Origin: an uncultured Bacillus sp.
GTDB lineage: Bacteria > Bacillota > Bacilli > ZCTH02-B2
Assembly (NCBI GenBank): GCA_947085265.1
Contig: CAMTVR010000025.1
Coordinates: 9,948 to 73,947 of the forward strand
DNA: 64,000 bases
Reading direction: 5' to 3'
In this document: in pieces, positions 9,327 to 18,958 of the stretch
How the letters are laid out: every line of letters begins with the position of its first letter
How positions within the stretch are numbered: the first letter of the stretch is position 1
Notes under the pieces: generated by a model
What the model was told of the DNA's origin: nothing
Database searches by the model: none
What the model saw: the letters and a program-made list of their open reading frames with translations, nothing else
Translations under genes and position numbers: made by a program

Positions 9327-10718
9327 TCACTGGCGGTTGCCTGGCAGCTGGATGTGAAAGGCAGTGCCTTTCCCGACCTGGCTGGTAACTTTGATGCTGC
9401 CGCCGTGGGCTTTGACGATCCAGTCGGCGATGGACAGCCCGATGCCGGTGCCGCCTAGCTTCCGGGAACGATCTTTGTCAACGCGGTAGAAGCGCTCAAA
9501 GATGTGCGGCAGATCCGTGTCGGGGATGCCGATGCCAGTGTCCTGGACCGCACATTCCACCCGGCCGTTGGCGTGCGATGAGAGCGTCACATCCACCCGG
9601 CCGCCCTCTGGCGTGTACTTGATGGCGTTGTCCAGGAGAATGTAGAGCAATTGACTGAGGCGTTCACGGTCTCCATGTATCCAAACGGGTTGTTCCGGCG
9701 TGTGGCATGTAAGCTCCACGCCTTTTTTGCGCGCGACGTTTTTCATGCGTTCGGTCACGGAATGGCAGGTTTCCGCAAAATCAAATGACGCCTTCAGGAG
9801 CTCCAGTTGCCCGGCATCGCTGCGTGCCAGGACGAGCAAGTCCTGAACCAATCTTCCCATGCGCCCGACCTCATCCGCCATGTCGTCCAGGACACGCTGG
9901 TGGAAGGCGGGGATTTGGGGCTTGATTTCATCAAGAATTTCCACGGAGGACTGGATGATGCTGATCGGCGTCCGCAACTCGTGAGAGGCGTCAGCGAGAA
10001 ATGTCTGCTGCTTGCGGTAGGCATACAGGATGGGAATCATCGCCCGTCCGGAGAACAGGAATCCGATGATCGCGGCGATAACCAACAAACCCAGGGCAAG
10101 GATCAGCAGCACGGTTCTCATGCGCTGGATAAAGAACCAGTAATCTGTCACCTCATTGCCGACAAACAGCCTGCCTTGAAGAGAAAGTTCACTGACATGT
10201 TCATGGTCGTGTTCATCAGATGCTTGCTCCCCGGGCAAAGGAAGCGCCATCAGTGCATAGACTTGCGCTTTTTCCTCACCTTCTGGCTGCCAGAAAAGCC
10301 ATTTGACTTCTTCAACGTTTTCTTCTGGCCAACGTGAGAGTTCCACTTTGAGCCATTCGGTCATTTCCGTATTTGTCAGGGAGTGGGAGATAAGGGTTCC
10401 CTGCTGGTCAAAGATCAGAAAAAAGCGATCGTTGTGAAGAAATTCTTTCATCGGTGGCGGCTTCTTGGCGGAGTAAATATGTTCTTCATCTTCATGTTCT
10501 GCAGAAAATAAGGGCTCCCACTTTTTTTCGTTGTTGCCGAACCCCTCCTCTCTCAAATAGGACAGCCATTGTTCGGCCAGTTGTTTTAGTACTGTTCTTT
10601 CTTGATGCTGCAGGATTTGGACAAGACTGATGTAGAAGACGCCTGCCATGATCAGCAGGGTCAGTGCGATGATGCTGCTGTACAGGAAAGTGAGGCGCCA
10701 GCGCGTTTTGTGAATCAA
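9327..10718 (-). CDS. sensor histidine kinase (two TM segments, ~150-aa extracytoplasmic domain)
   Basis: HisKA H-box HELRTPISII and HATPase motifs GGTGIGLSIA, GKGTAFHIQLP. Confidence 0.85.
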   Translation of the reverse strand: MIHKTRWRLTFLYSSIIALTLLIMAGVFYISLVQILQHQERTVLKQLAEQWLSYLREEGFGNNEKKWEPLFSAEHEDEEHIYSAKKPPPMKEFLHNDRFFLIFDQQGTLISHSLTNTEMTEWLKVELSRWPEENVEEVKWLFWQPEGEEKAQVYALMALPLPGEQASDEHDHEHVSELSLQGRLFVGNEVTDYWFFIQRMRTVLLILALGLLVIAAIIGFLFSGRAMIPILYAYRKQQTFLADASHELRTPISIIQSSVEILDEIKPQIPAFHQRVLDDMADEVGRMGRLVQDLLVLARSDAGQLELLKASFDFAETCHSVTERMKNVARKKGVELTCHTPEQPVWIHGDRERLSQLLYILLDNAIKYTPEGGRVDVTLSSHANGRVECAVQDTGIGIPDTDLPHIFERFYRVDKDRSRKLGGTGIGLSIADWIVKAHGGSIKVTSQVGKGTAFHIQLPGNRQ

Positions 10719-11398
10719 GGTTCTCCCACCAATCGGTACCCCAGTCCACGGACACTGTGAATCCGTTTGGGCTGCTGGGGAGTGTCCACCTTTTTGCGGA
10801 GCAGAGAGATGTAGGCGTCGACGGTGTTCGGGGTGACGTCTGCATCCAGCCCCCAGACGGCATCCATGATCATTTCTCTGGTCAGGGTTTGACCGGCATT
10901 TTTCATCAGATAGGCCAGCAACTGAAACTCCCGCTTGGTCAGCAAGATGGGGCAGCCGTTCCTCGTGACTTCATATGTTCGCAGGTTGAGTGTCAGATCC
11001 CCGGCGGTCAACACTTCGTCTTGCCACGACCGCGCCGGCCGCCTGCCGAGGGCGCGGATGCGTGCCAGCAACTCTTCAAAGGCAAAAGGCTTGATCAGGT
11101 AGTCGTCGGCCCCCGCATCCAGCCCCTGAACCCTGTCCTGTACCGCGTCCTTGGCCGTCAGCATCAAGACCGGGGTGTGATCCCCCTGGGCGCGCAGCTG
11201 GCGGCAGAGTTCAATACCGCTTTTTTCCGGCATCATCCAGTCCAGAATGATCAAATCGTACGCTGTTCCGTCAAGGTAAGCTTCCGCTTCTAGCCCGTCT
11301 TGTGCCCAGTCCACGTTATGGGCTTCTTTCTCCAGCCTGTAGTGGATGAGCCGCCCCAACTTTGGATCGTCCTCGGCCAGCAGGATGTGCATGGGCAT
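10715..11398 (-). CDS. OmpR-family response regulator
   Basis: Receiver ILLAEDD...DLIILDWMMP, winged-helix C-terminus RGLGYRLV; 4-nt overlap with the HK gene. Confidence 0.9.
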   Translation of the reverse strand: MPMHILLAEDDPKLGRLIHYRLEKEAHNVDWAQDGLEAEAYLDGTAYDLIILDWMMPEKSGIELCRQLRAQGDHTPVLMLTAKDAVQDRVQGLDAGADDYLIKPFAFEELLARIRALGRRPARSWQDEVLTAGDLTLNLRTYEVTRNGCPILLTKREFQLLAYLMKNAGQTLTREMIMDAVWGLDADVTPNTVDAYISLLRKKVDTPQQPKRIHSVRGLGYRLVGEP

Positions 11399-11960
11399 TT
11401 CCTCCCTTTTGGCGCGTGAACGCGCGCAGGAATGTCAAGACCAGTATAATTCCGCCTGTCACAGAATAAAAGGCGAAGGCCCAAGGTTCGGAAGAATCGG
11501 TGCCCGCGGCGATACCGTGGATCATGGCCGCGAGGAATGCCGGATAAGCCAGCAGGTGGAGAAGGTGCCACCTTTTTTTGCCGAGCAGTGAAATGACCTC
11601 TGAGTTGACCGCCAAAAAGAGGATCAGGTAAAATGCGAGGATGCCTAGGCCATAAGCGACCGGTTTGGATTCAGAGGCCAGCGGGATGAGCAGTTCTGTC
11701 CAGGAGAAGGGGTTGTACGTGTCGACGGCCAGCAGCAGAACATGTGCCGTGATCAGGAGAAGTCCAGTCCGGAGTGAAAAGGTGTGCGCGGCAAAGAAAA
11801 GGTTTTTCGCTTTTCCGCCGAAAAACGGCATGCTCTGAAAGATTCCGCTCGCGATTCCGATAAACAGGAGCAGATAGGCTGCAAATCCCAGGGAACGGAC
11901 CAGTTCCCAGGTTGGCCACTGCAGAATCCAGATGGCCGCCGCGGAAATCAGTTGTTCCAT
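11316..11960 (-). CDS. ferric-reductase-like transmembrane domain protein (MsrQ/YedZ-like di-heme b membrane protein)
   Basis: Six predicted TM helices with two His pairs (HTFSL...HVLLL and HLLAY...HGIAAG), typical of the ferric reductase TM domain; the C-terminal 27 codons overlap the RR gene. Confidence 0.5.
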   Translation of the reverse strand: MEQLISAAAIWILQWPTWELVRSLGFAAYLLLFIGIASGIFQSMPFFGGKAKNLFFAAHTFSLRTGLLLITAHVLLLAVDTYNPFSWTELLIPLASESKPVAYGLGILAFYLILFLAVNSEVISLLGKKRWHLLHLLAYPAFLAAMIHGIAAGTDSSEPWAFAFYSVTGGIILVLTFLRAFTRQKGGNAHAHPAGRGRSKVGAAHPLQAGERSP

Positions 11961-12017
11961 GTTGAAACACTCCTTGTCTGAATAGGGTCAAAACGTGCAA
12001 TCGGGTGAGAAACGCGG

Positions 12018-12290
12018 TCAGGAAGCGCGTGTCCGCGTCTGAGGCATCCAACCTTCCGGCGTGCGTGTCATGAATTGTGGTGAAAACGCCTCTTCGTCTT
12101 TTTCCAGTTCCGTCAAAGGGGACGGTTCGTCCTGTTCAGGTTCGGGAAAAGGGGCCTGGAAGAGTTCAGGCGTTTCGCTGGATAGCATGCTGGTTTTGTC
12201 TGACGATGAGATCAGGACGAAGCTGCCGGTAAACGTCAGCAGTCCGGCCAGGCCAATCCCGACCCGCACTTTGGTTTTGCCGTTCATCAA
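12018..12290 (-). CDS. small signal-anchored protein with an acidic/Pro-rich tail (hypothetical)
   Basis: N-terminal TM VGIGLAGLLTFTGSFVLI, then a low-complexity ETPELFQAPFPEPEQDEPSP; ATGA overlap with apbE. Confidence 0.4.
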   Translation of the reverse strand: MMNGKTKVRVGIGLAGLLTFTGSFVLISSSDKTSMLSSETPELFQAPFPEPEQDEPSPLTELEKDEEAFSPQFMTRTPEGWMPQTRTRAS

Positions 12291-13414
12291 TGTTTCACCT
12301 CCACTTTTTGGGTCTCGCCGTTTTCTGAGACAAACATGCCTTCTCCTTGGTCTGAGATGAGAAAGGCAGCCAACGGCCGGTTTTCCCTTTCCATGTACCG
12401 CTTCAGGAAATGCACGCCTTCTTTTTGCCCCAAAATGACGATCACTTTGGCCAGTACTTCTGCCTCAACCAAGCAAGGGGACATTGCGGTGCATTGGACG
12501 ACGTCGCTCTGACTTGGCCGGCCGGTTCTCGGATCGATGAGGTGATGCCGGATTCCTTCGGGCGTGCGCCATCTCCGCGCCATGGTGCCGGAGGTGGCAA
12601 CAGCCCCCCGGTGAATTTGAATGAAGGCGATATCTTTGGCTGGCGGCATGTCTGGACGCATGCGGCAGGAACTATCCTGCAAGGGATGGCTGACGCCGAT
12701 GGTCCAGGGCTCATCATCCGCATACCCTCCCCAAGCATACAAGTCCCCGCCGGCATTGATCATTCCCCGTGGAACGCCATGTTTCTGTTGCAAGTGGCGA
12801 GCCAGTTGCTGAGCGGTCCAGCCTTTGACAATGCCGCCTAGATCGATGCGGAGTCCCGGCTGGCGTTCGATCAACTGCTGGGCATGGTAGATGCGGAATG
12901 CCTGTTGATCCGCTCCGGGGATGGCCGGCCGTGAACATGACAGGGCTTTGCCGGCAGTATCCTCCGCGGATGTGTCGGCTTGCATGGATCCAGCGGCTGA
13001 TCGGTTGGATTCGGAGGTGGGGATGGATGCGAGAGTATGGGTGGCTCCGACATGTTGGATGGTTTCGAACGAATGCGTATATCCGGCTTTCTCCAGCGCC
13101 TCCAGGAGGAAGGGGCTGAAGAGGCCGTCTGTTTTCAGCCAAAAATGCCTGGCTAAAGACAAAACTTCGGCCATTGCTTGCGAGACGAACACCCACGCGC
13201 TGTTGGACTGGTTGATTCGACTGAGTTCACTCTTTGGATCAAACCGGGAAAAGCGGGCCTGGCTGCGTCGGAACCAGATTTCGGCTGTCTGCGCATGGTG
13301 GCTGTGTCTGGCGGGGAGGATCACTTCGATCTCAGTGTTCATCGCCCGGAAGCGGTGTGTTGCCATTGGTTCTGGCGGCTTTCGTTTTTTCCTAGTCATG
13401 TTCTTCCCCTTCAT
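12287..13414 (-). CDS. apbE: FAD:protein FMN transferase (ApbE family), no signal peptide
   Basis: FRAMNTEIEV N-terminus, DLGGIVKGW motif, GGDLYAWG; contains a low-complexity insertion (TSESNRSAAGSMQADTSAEDTAGK). Confidence 0.8.
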   Translation of the reverse strand: MKGKNMTRKKRKPPEPMATHRFRAMNTEIEVILPARHSHHAQTAEIWFRRSQARFSRFDPKSELSRINQSNSAWVFVSQAMAEVLSLARHFWLKTDGLFSPFLLEALEKAGYTHSFETIQHVGATHTLASIPTSESNRSAAGSMQADTSAEDTAGKALSCSRPAIPGADQQAFRIYHAQQLIERQPGLRIDLGGIVKGWTAQQLARHLQQKHGVPRGMINAGGDLYAWGGYADDEPWTIGVSHPLQDSSCRMRPDMPPAKDIAFIQIHRGAVATSGTMARRWRTPEGIRHHLIDPRTGRPSQSDVVQCTAMSPCLVEAEVLAKVIVILGQKEGVHFLKRYMERENRPLAAFLISDQGEGMFVSENGETQKVEVKH

Positions 13415-13811
13415 GCTCTTCTCGGTTGAAACGATGGTTCATATCGATGTCACTTTCTGCTTCGCCGGGAGCCACAAAAGATGCGTGGGTCCGCGCTTGC
13501 GGTGCTGTTTCCAAAGACGTTGAAGGATCTTGCGGCAGCGTGAACAGAAATGGCTGGACCGAGTCTGTTTCAGGAAGCGTGTCCGATGGTGATTGATCCT
13601 CATTTGAACGGTACGGGTCCGCTGGACCGCTGTTGTTGATTTGGGCTGGCTGCTTTTTTTGCGGATCTTGATTGGCTGCAACCGCTTCAAGGAAGGTGTC
13701 GTTTTCTCTGACCCCCTGAAACAAAAGCGCTATGGCAAGGGTTCCGCTGGCGCCAATTCCCCATTTGAGCCACTTTTGTGGATTGGACAACTTGATCACC
13801 CTCATTCTCAT
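13392..13811 (-). CDS. signal-anchored protein with a long acidic low-complexity tail (hypothetical; start could be as far upstream as 13946)
   Basis: Probable start MRMRVIKLSN (ATG 13811 or 13805), TM WGIGASGTLAIALLF, tail rich in D/E/S/P/Q; 23-nt overlap with apbE. Confidence 0.4.
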   Translation of the reverse strand: MRMRVIKLSNPQKWLKWGIGASGTLAIALLFQGVRENDTFLEAVAANQDPQKKQPAQINNSGPADPYRSNEDQSPSDTLPETDSVQPFLFTLPQDPSTSLETAPQARTHASFVAPGEAESDIDMNHRFNREEHEGEEHD

Positions 13812-14033
13812 TGACCTTCGTTCCATTTTTACTTTATTCGGTATTCCTGAAAAGAACATGAAAAAGGCACGGATGGCATCCGTGCCACGAAAAACCCGGA
13901 CAAAGCGTGGGATGTGTGGTATATAGATGCTCGGTTTCTCCAGCATCGCAATTGGCTTTCCGACTTGCTGTCAGTGCCTAGAAGTGTTCCAAGAAAATTG
14001 CTAATGGAAACATTCCTCTTGCATCGCCCGCTA

Positions 14034-14408
14034 TTATTCCACCTCAAACCGCTGGATGTTGCGAATCGGACTGTCCACATTGCTGCCATCGGCCAAATAT
14101 AACCAGAGGGGACCATCCTCCAGGATGGCTTTTTTGTTGCGCGAAAAGCGCAGAATTGCGGCATTGGCCTGTTCCAGTGTGAGAGGGACGCGCTCGCCGC
14201 TTTTGAGGACGCAGACTACCTTTGACGCGCCACGGAGCGGTTCGGCGTGATGGAGAAACGGATTTAAATGCATGCATTGTCCTTCTTCCTGAATCTGCGG
14301 AAATACTACTTGTATCGGAAATGTCCGTTTGTCAAAAATCCAGATGGTGGGATCCAGGGTAATCGGGTAGTTGACCTCGCCGTCAATAGTCACAATATGT
14401 TCACTCAT
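14034..14408 (-). CDS. hypothetical protein (~124 aa)
   Basis: ATG 14408 seven nt after AAGGGAGGT; high GC3 coding frame; no recognisable motif. Confidence 0.5.
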   Translation of the reverse strand: MSEHIVTIDGEVNYPITLDPTIWIFDKRTFPIQVVFPQIQEEGQCMHLNPFLHHAEPLRGASKVVCVLKSGERVPLTLEQANAAILRFSRNKKAILEDGPLWLYLADGSNVDSPIRNIQRFEVE

Positions 14409-14572
14409 TTGTCCGACCTCCCTTGTAGTATCCATTATAACGGAGGCGTTCCGGAAAAGATACCTGTTCCGTTTTGGTTAACCGCATCTAAACTGGTTAT
14501 CCTAAATGGCAACAAGACGAATGGCAGAAAAAATCATAGGGCCGATGCTTACAGGAGAAAGAAGGTGCCAGC

Positions 14573-15568
14573 ATGAGCACACGGACACCGACGAGAAACA
14601 AGGTTGGATTCACGGAGATGGAGCAGCTCCAACAGGAGATGATCCAGTTGCTGGAGGAGGCAAGAGTCCATACAACAAAGGGCAAGGTCCTGGATGACAT
14701 ACCTGAGTTAAGGCGCATGGACCCTCGTCTGCTGGGGATAACGGTGGTCAGCACAGGAGGCAAGGAGATTACGGCCGGAGATGTCCATGCAAAGTTTACA
14801 TTACAAAGCATTTCCAAGATCTTTGCCTTGGCCCAAGCGATCATGGATCGAGGCATTGATGAAGTGTTTCGGCATGTAGGGATGGAACCGTCCGGTGAGA
14901 CGTTTGATGCGTTGCCCCGTTACTGGTCCATGCCGATTCCCCGTTCGGCATTCCGGGATTTGGCCAAGCCGGCCAATCCACTGATCAACAGTGGAGCCAT
15001 TCTGGTAAGTTCTCTGATTAAGGGACAGACCACACAGGACAAGCTGGATCGTCTGCTGCGTCTGGTTCGTGTCATCAGCGGCAATCCGACGATCCGGGTA
15101 AACGAGCAAGTGTATGCTTCGGAAAAACAGGCTAATGATCGCAACCGTGCGATCGCCTATCTTTTGCACGAACAGGGCTTTTTAAAAGGGGATGTGGAGG
15201 AGGCTCTGGATCTGTATTTCATGCAATGCGCCATTGAAGCCAGCTGCCGGGATCTGGCCTACATGGCTACTTGTCTGGCCAATAGGGGGACCGTGTGGGG
15301 ATTGAGCCAGCCGGTGATCCCACGCGAGATTGTCCGTGTTCTAACGGCTTTGATGGTGACATGCGGCATGTATGACGCATCCGGACAATTTGCCGTCCGC
15401 GTTGGGATACCGGCTAAAAGCGGCGTTTCCGGAGGAATCATGGCTTTCGTGCCAGGAAAGTATGGCGTGAGCGTCTTTGGGCCAGCGCTTGATGAAAAAG
15501 GGAACAGTTTGGCAGGTACGCACCTGCTGGCCGCTTGTGTCAACCGGTGGGGTTGGAGCCTTTTTTAA
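14573..15568 (+). CDS. glsA: glutaminase A
   Basis: KGKVLDDIPEL, FTLQSISKIFA (Ser-Lys), VGIPAKSGVSGGIMAFVPGK, HLLAACVNRWGWSLF are glutaminase family hallmarks. Confidence 0.9.
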   Translation: MSTRTPTRNKVGFTEMEQLQQEMIQLLEEARVHTTKGKVLDDIPELRRMDPRLLGITVVSTGGKEITAGDVHAKFTLQSISKIFALAQAIMDRGIDEVFRHVGMEPSGETFDALPRYWSMPIPRSAFRDLAKPANPLINSGAILVSSLIKGQTTQDKLDRLLRLVRVISGNPTIRVNEQVYASEKQANDRNRAIAYLLHEQGFLKGDVEEALDLYFMQCAIEASCRDLAYMATCLANRGTVWGLSQPVIPREIVRVLTALMVTCGMYDASGQFAVRVGIPAKSGVSGGIMAFVPGKYGVSVFGPALDEKGNSLAGTHLLAACVNRWGWSLF

Positions 15569-16920
15569 GCCGGCAAAAACGAAGCGATGACGTAAATCCA
15601 CATCGTGAGAAGCATGATCGCGGTCGAGTACCCGATAATCTGCGGTGCCCTCAAGCGAGTAATTCCGAGCAGCGCCAGTGCCCAGAAGGGTTGCATCATA
15701 TTGGTCAGTTGATCCCCATACGCCAATGTCATGATCGTTTTTTCATACGAGACTCCTAGACTGGTGGCCGCTTCAATCATGACCGGACCTTGTACCGCCC
15801 ATTGTCCGCCTCCGGAAGGGACGAAGAAATTGACAATCGCAGCGCTGATAAACGTGAACAACGGATAGGTGACGGCCGTTGAAATCTGGACAAACCAGCC
15901 TGCGATGATTTGAATCAGTCCCGAGTCCGCCATCATGCCAGCAATTCCAGCATAAAAGGGAAATTGCAACAGCACGCCGCTGACCCCTTTTGTTCCTTCG
16001 GCCACTGAACGAACGTAATTCATCGGCGTGCCATGAAGCAAGATGCCGACGAATAAAAACAAAGCGTTTAGGATGTTGAGGTTCAGGTCAAATCCTTTCG
16101 TCGCAAAATGGTAAATCAGATAAATCAGACCGCCCAACGCAATGATCAGAGAAAGGATGCGGCTATTTTCCAATCTCATGGCCGGAGTCAGTGAGGCGGG
16201 ATCGGCCTTTGCCGTGATCGGTTGTGTTGCCGCCAATTCCTCTTTTGCAAGGACGCTGTCAATGGGCATCAATTCCTTGTCATCTTTGGGATGAACCAGC
16301 AAGGCAAAGAGCGGGACGAGAATTAATTGGGCGACGAGGACAAATAAGTTCATCGGGCTCAGCAGCGTGTTTACCACAGGGATAATGCCAATTTGCTCCT
16401 GCAAGAAGTGCCCTTCAGTGGCTACCACGAGTGGCGCGGAACCGGACATCCCCGAATGCCAAACCAACAGTGACAGATAAGCGGCTGCCCCGAGCAAAGG
16501 ATAATGCATCCGGATACTGCGCCGGTATCCAGACTTCCCCACCTCCATGGCAAACAATGCACCGAGAACCAGTCCGAAACCGTAGCTGATCAGTCCTCCA
16601 ATGGTGGCCACTAGCGCTACGACGTAGACGGCCTGACGTGAGGTTTTGATTCCGTCAGCAAGCGTTTTCAAGATCCGGCTGACGGCGGGAGAATCCGCAA
16701 CGGCGTACCCGAGGACAATGACCAAACACATCTGCATGGAAAACGTCAAAAGATTCCAAAATCCGTTTTGCCAGTGTAAAATCATTTGAAAAGGGGTTTG
16801 CCCGGCAATCAGCATCCCCATGACGAAGACGACCAGACTCAACAAGATGACAAAAATGAACGGATCGGGCAGATACCGTTCTGACCACCGTGTCAAGACG
16901 GATGCCATTCTTGCGATCAT
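15565..16920 (-). CDS. short-chain fatty acid transporter (AtoE family)
   Basis: N-terminus MIARMASVLTRWSERYLPDPFIFVILLSL closely matches the AtoE family start; ~12 TM; 4-nt overlap with glsA. Confidence 0.75.
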   Translation of the reverse strand: MIARMASVLTRWSERYLPDPFIFVILLSLVVFVMGMLIAGQTPFQMILHWQNGFWNLLTFSMQMCLVIVLGYAVADSPAVSRILKTLADGIKTSRQAVYVVALVATIGGLISYGFGLVLGALFAMEVGKSGYRRSIRMHYPLLGAAAYLSLLVWHSGMSGSAPLVVATEGHFLQEQIGIIPVVNTLLSPMNLFVLVAQLILVPLFALLVHPKDDKELMPIDSVLAKEELAATQPITAKADPASLTPAMRLENSRILSLIIALGGLIYLIYHFATKGFDLNLNILNALFLFVGILLHGTPMNYVRSVAEGTKGVSGVLLQFPFYAGIAGMMADSGLIQIIAGWFVQISTAVTYPLFTFISAAIVNFFVPSGGGQWAVQGPVMIEAATSLGVSYEKTIMTLAYGDQLTNMMQPFWALALLGITRLRAPQIIGYSTAIMLLTMWIYVIASFLPA

Positions 16921-17132
16921 GCCTTTTTGATCCCTCCCATAAGCAATGACTAGAGATAAACGACTTCATTATATGAATATGATTGATGAAATTTTAATAT
17001 TATCAAAACATATTGCCAACAAAAAAGTCAACCCTATCTCTGCCATACGACCTTGAGAGGTTTTTGTCTTTTCAAACCTCGCCCAATCCGATATGATAAG
17101 ATAAGGGCAAGGTGATAAGGGAGGGGATCCTT

Positions 17133-17438
17133 TTGAGCGATAAGGAGATCACCCTGTGTGAAAAAGCGTTAAATCTGTTGATGGAGGATGCGTTAAAAAT
17201 CCGTCAATTGATAGAAGTGCAACTGGATCATTTGACCGCTCCGCAATGTCCCGTCTTTGAGGAAGTGTTAGACACTCAGCTTTTCGGATTATCGAAAGAG
17301 ATCGATTTTGCGGTCCGGGTTGGTCTGATCAGCCGGGATGTGGGGCGTCAGATCATGAATAAATTGGAAGTGGAAGTATCCAAGTTCCAGGAGCATTACG
17401 AGCGTCAGCGCCAGCTGTTCGAGACGAAAAGCGGGTAA
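17133..17438 (+). CDS. ylaN: UPF0358 protein YlaN-like (iron-responsive Fur antagonist family)
   Basis: Core [32 protein letters not shown] matches the YlaN family as I recall it; TTG 17133 seven nt after AGGGAGGGG (alternative GTG 17112). Confidence 0.55.
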   Translation: MSDKEITLCEKALNLLMEDALKIRQLIEVQLDHLTAPQCPVFEEVLDTQLFGLSKEIDFAVRVGLISRDVGRQIMNKLEVEVSKFQEHYERQRQLFETKSG

Positions 17439-17482
17439 ACCAGGAAGCGGTTAAACTAGGGAAAATAGGAAAAGGCAAAAAC

Positions 17483-17530
17483 GGGAAACGGTCTGGAAAG
17501 GCCGCTTCCCGTTTTTGCCTTTCTTGATCT
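17483..17530. terminator. bidirectional rho-independent terminator between the convergent ylaN and feoB genes
   Basis: Stem AACGGGAAACGGTC / GGCCGCTTCCCGTT with an A-run before and a T-run after. Confidence 0.55.
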
Positions 17531-17539
17531 AATTTGCGA

Positions 17540-18958
17540 TTACACCAGTCCAAGCCCCCGAACCACCTGGGTGACGGTGAAGGTAACCAGGATAGCGATA
17601 CTGGTCGGCAGGAGAAAGGCAAGCGCTGTCCATTTGATGCTTTTTGTCTCCCGATAAATGGTGAACATCGTGGTCCCGCATGGATAGTGCAGGAGCGAAA
17701 ACAGCATCATGTTGAGCGCAGTCAGCCAGGTCCATCCATGGTCGAGGAGGACCTGCCGCAATCCACTCAGACCTTCCACATCCACCATCGCGCCGGTGGC
17801 GAGATACGCCATCAAGAGGATGGGGAGAACAATCTCATTGGCCGGCAGACCCAGGATAAAAGCCATCAGGATATACCCATCCATACCTAGCGCCTGGCCA
17901 ACGGGATTAAGGAAACGGATGGCAAGTTCCAACAGGCTGAGATCCCCAACAGTGATATTGCCCAGCATCCACGTAAGGAGACCGGCTGGCGCGGCGATGA
18001 TCACAGCCCGCTTGAGCACAAACCAGGATTTATCTAACGAAGCTCTGACTACGGTCTTCCAAAACTTCGGCATTCGGTAGGGAGGAAGTTCCAGCGTGTA
18101 ATGAGAAGGCACACCGCGCAAAAGAGTCTTGGACAAGAGCCAGGATACTAGCAGGGTGACGACGATGCCAAAGAGGACCATGCCGACGACAATCCCGGCT
18201 GTGACGAAAGTTTTGAAACCGCCGGTGACACCAACTGCCATAAAGAGGGAGGCCAGTAAAATCAACGTTGGCCAGCGTCCGTTGCAGGGGACAAAATTGT
18301 TGGTAAGGATAGCCAGCATGCGCTCTCTCGGCGACTCGATGATTCGGGTGGAGACGATCGCCGCGGCATTGCAGCCAAAGCCCATTGCCATCGTCAGCGA
18401 CTGCTTGCCGTGTCCACCCGCCCGTTTGAAGAGCCGATCCAGGTTGAAGGCCACGCGCGGCAGATAACCCAGATTTTCCAACAGGGCGAACATCGGAAAG
18501 AAGATGGCCATCGGCGGCAACATCACGCTGACGACCCAGGAAGTTCCCCGGTATAGTCCCAACACCAGCAGACCGTGCAGCCAGTCCGGTGCGCCCAAGG
18601 AGACAAACAGCCGTGTCAGAACCTCCTCGCCCACTCCGAACAGTCTCGCCAACATCTCCGAAGGGACATTGGCTCCGGCCACGGTCAGGTATATGACGAC
18701 GCCCAGCATGGCGAGCATGATCGGGAATCCCCAGAGCGGCGAGGTCAAAATCTGATCCGTCTTCTCTGAGCGGCGTTGTTCCTTCCGCAGTTTTTCTTCT
18801 GAAATCGTCACCGCCTCTGCACAGATCTGATGCGAGGTTTGGTAGAGCTGAGTGACGATTTCATCCCGGTTAGCTGGACCCAGCCGTCGCGCTTCTTCCA
18901 TCAGTTGTTCGAAGGCATGCAGGGGTTGCGTCTTAGAAGCCGACGCGGACGGGCTCAT
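17540..18958 (-). CDS. feoB: ferrous iron transporter FeoB, membrane (nucleoside-recognition) portion, encoded as a separate ORF
   Basis: Begins in the FeoB helical-domain/linker region and continues through ~8 TM helices; its own SD GGGAGGTGA seven nt before ATG 18958. Confidence 0.8.
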   Translation of the reverse strand: MSPSASASKTQPLHAFEQLMEEARRLGPANRDEIVTQLYQTSHQICAEAVTISEEKLRKEQRRSEKTDQILTSPLWGFPIMLAMLGVVIYLTVAGANVPSEMLARLFGVGEEVLTRLFVSLGAPDWLHGLLVLGLYRGTSWVVSVMLPPMAIFFPMFALLENLGYLPRVAFNLDRLFKRAGGHGKQSLTMAMGFGCNAAAIVSTRIIESPRERMLAILTNNFVPCNGRWPTLILLASLFMAVGVTGGFKTFVTAGIVVGMVLFGIVVTLLVSWLLSKTLLRGVPSHYTLELPPYRMPKFWKTVVRASLDKSWFVLKRAVIIAAPAGLLTWMLGNITVGDLSLLELAIRFLNPVGQALGMDGYILMAFILGLPANEIVLPILLMAYLATGAMVDVEGLSGLRQVLLDHGWTWLTALNMMLFSLLHYPCGTTMFTIYRETKSIKWTALAFLLPTSIAILVTFTVTQVVRGLGLV

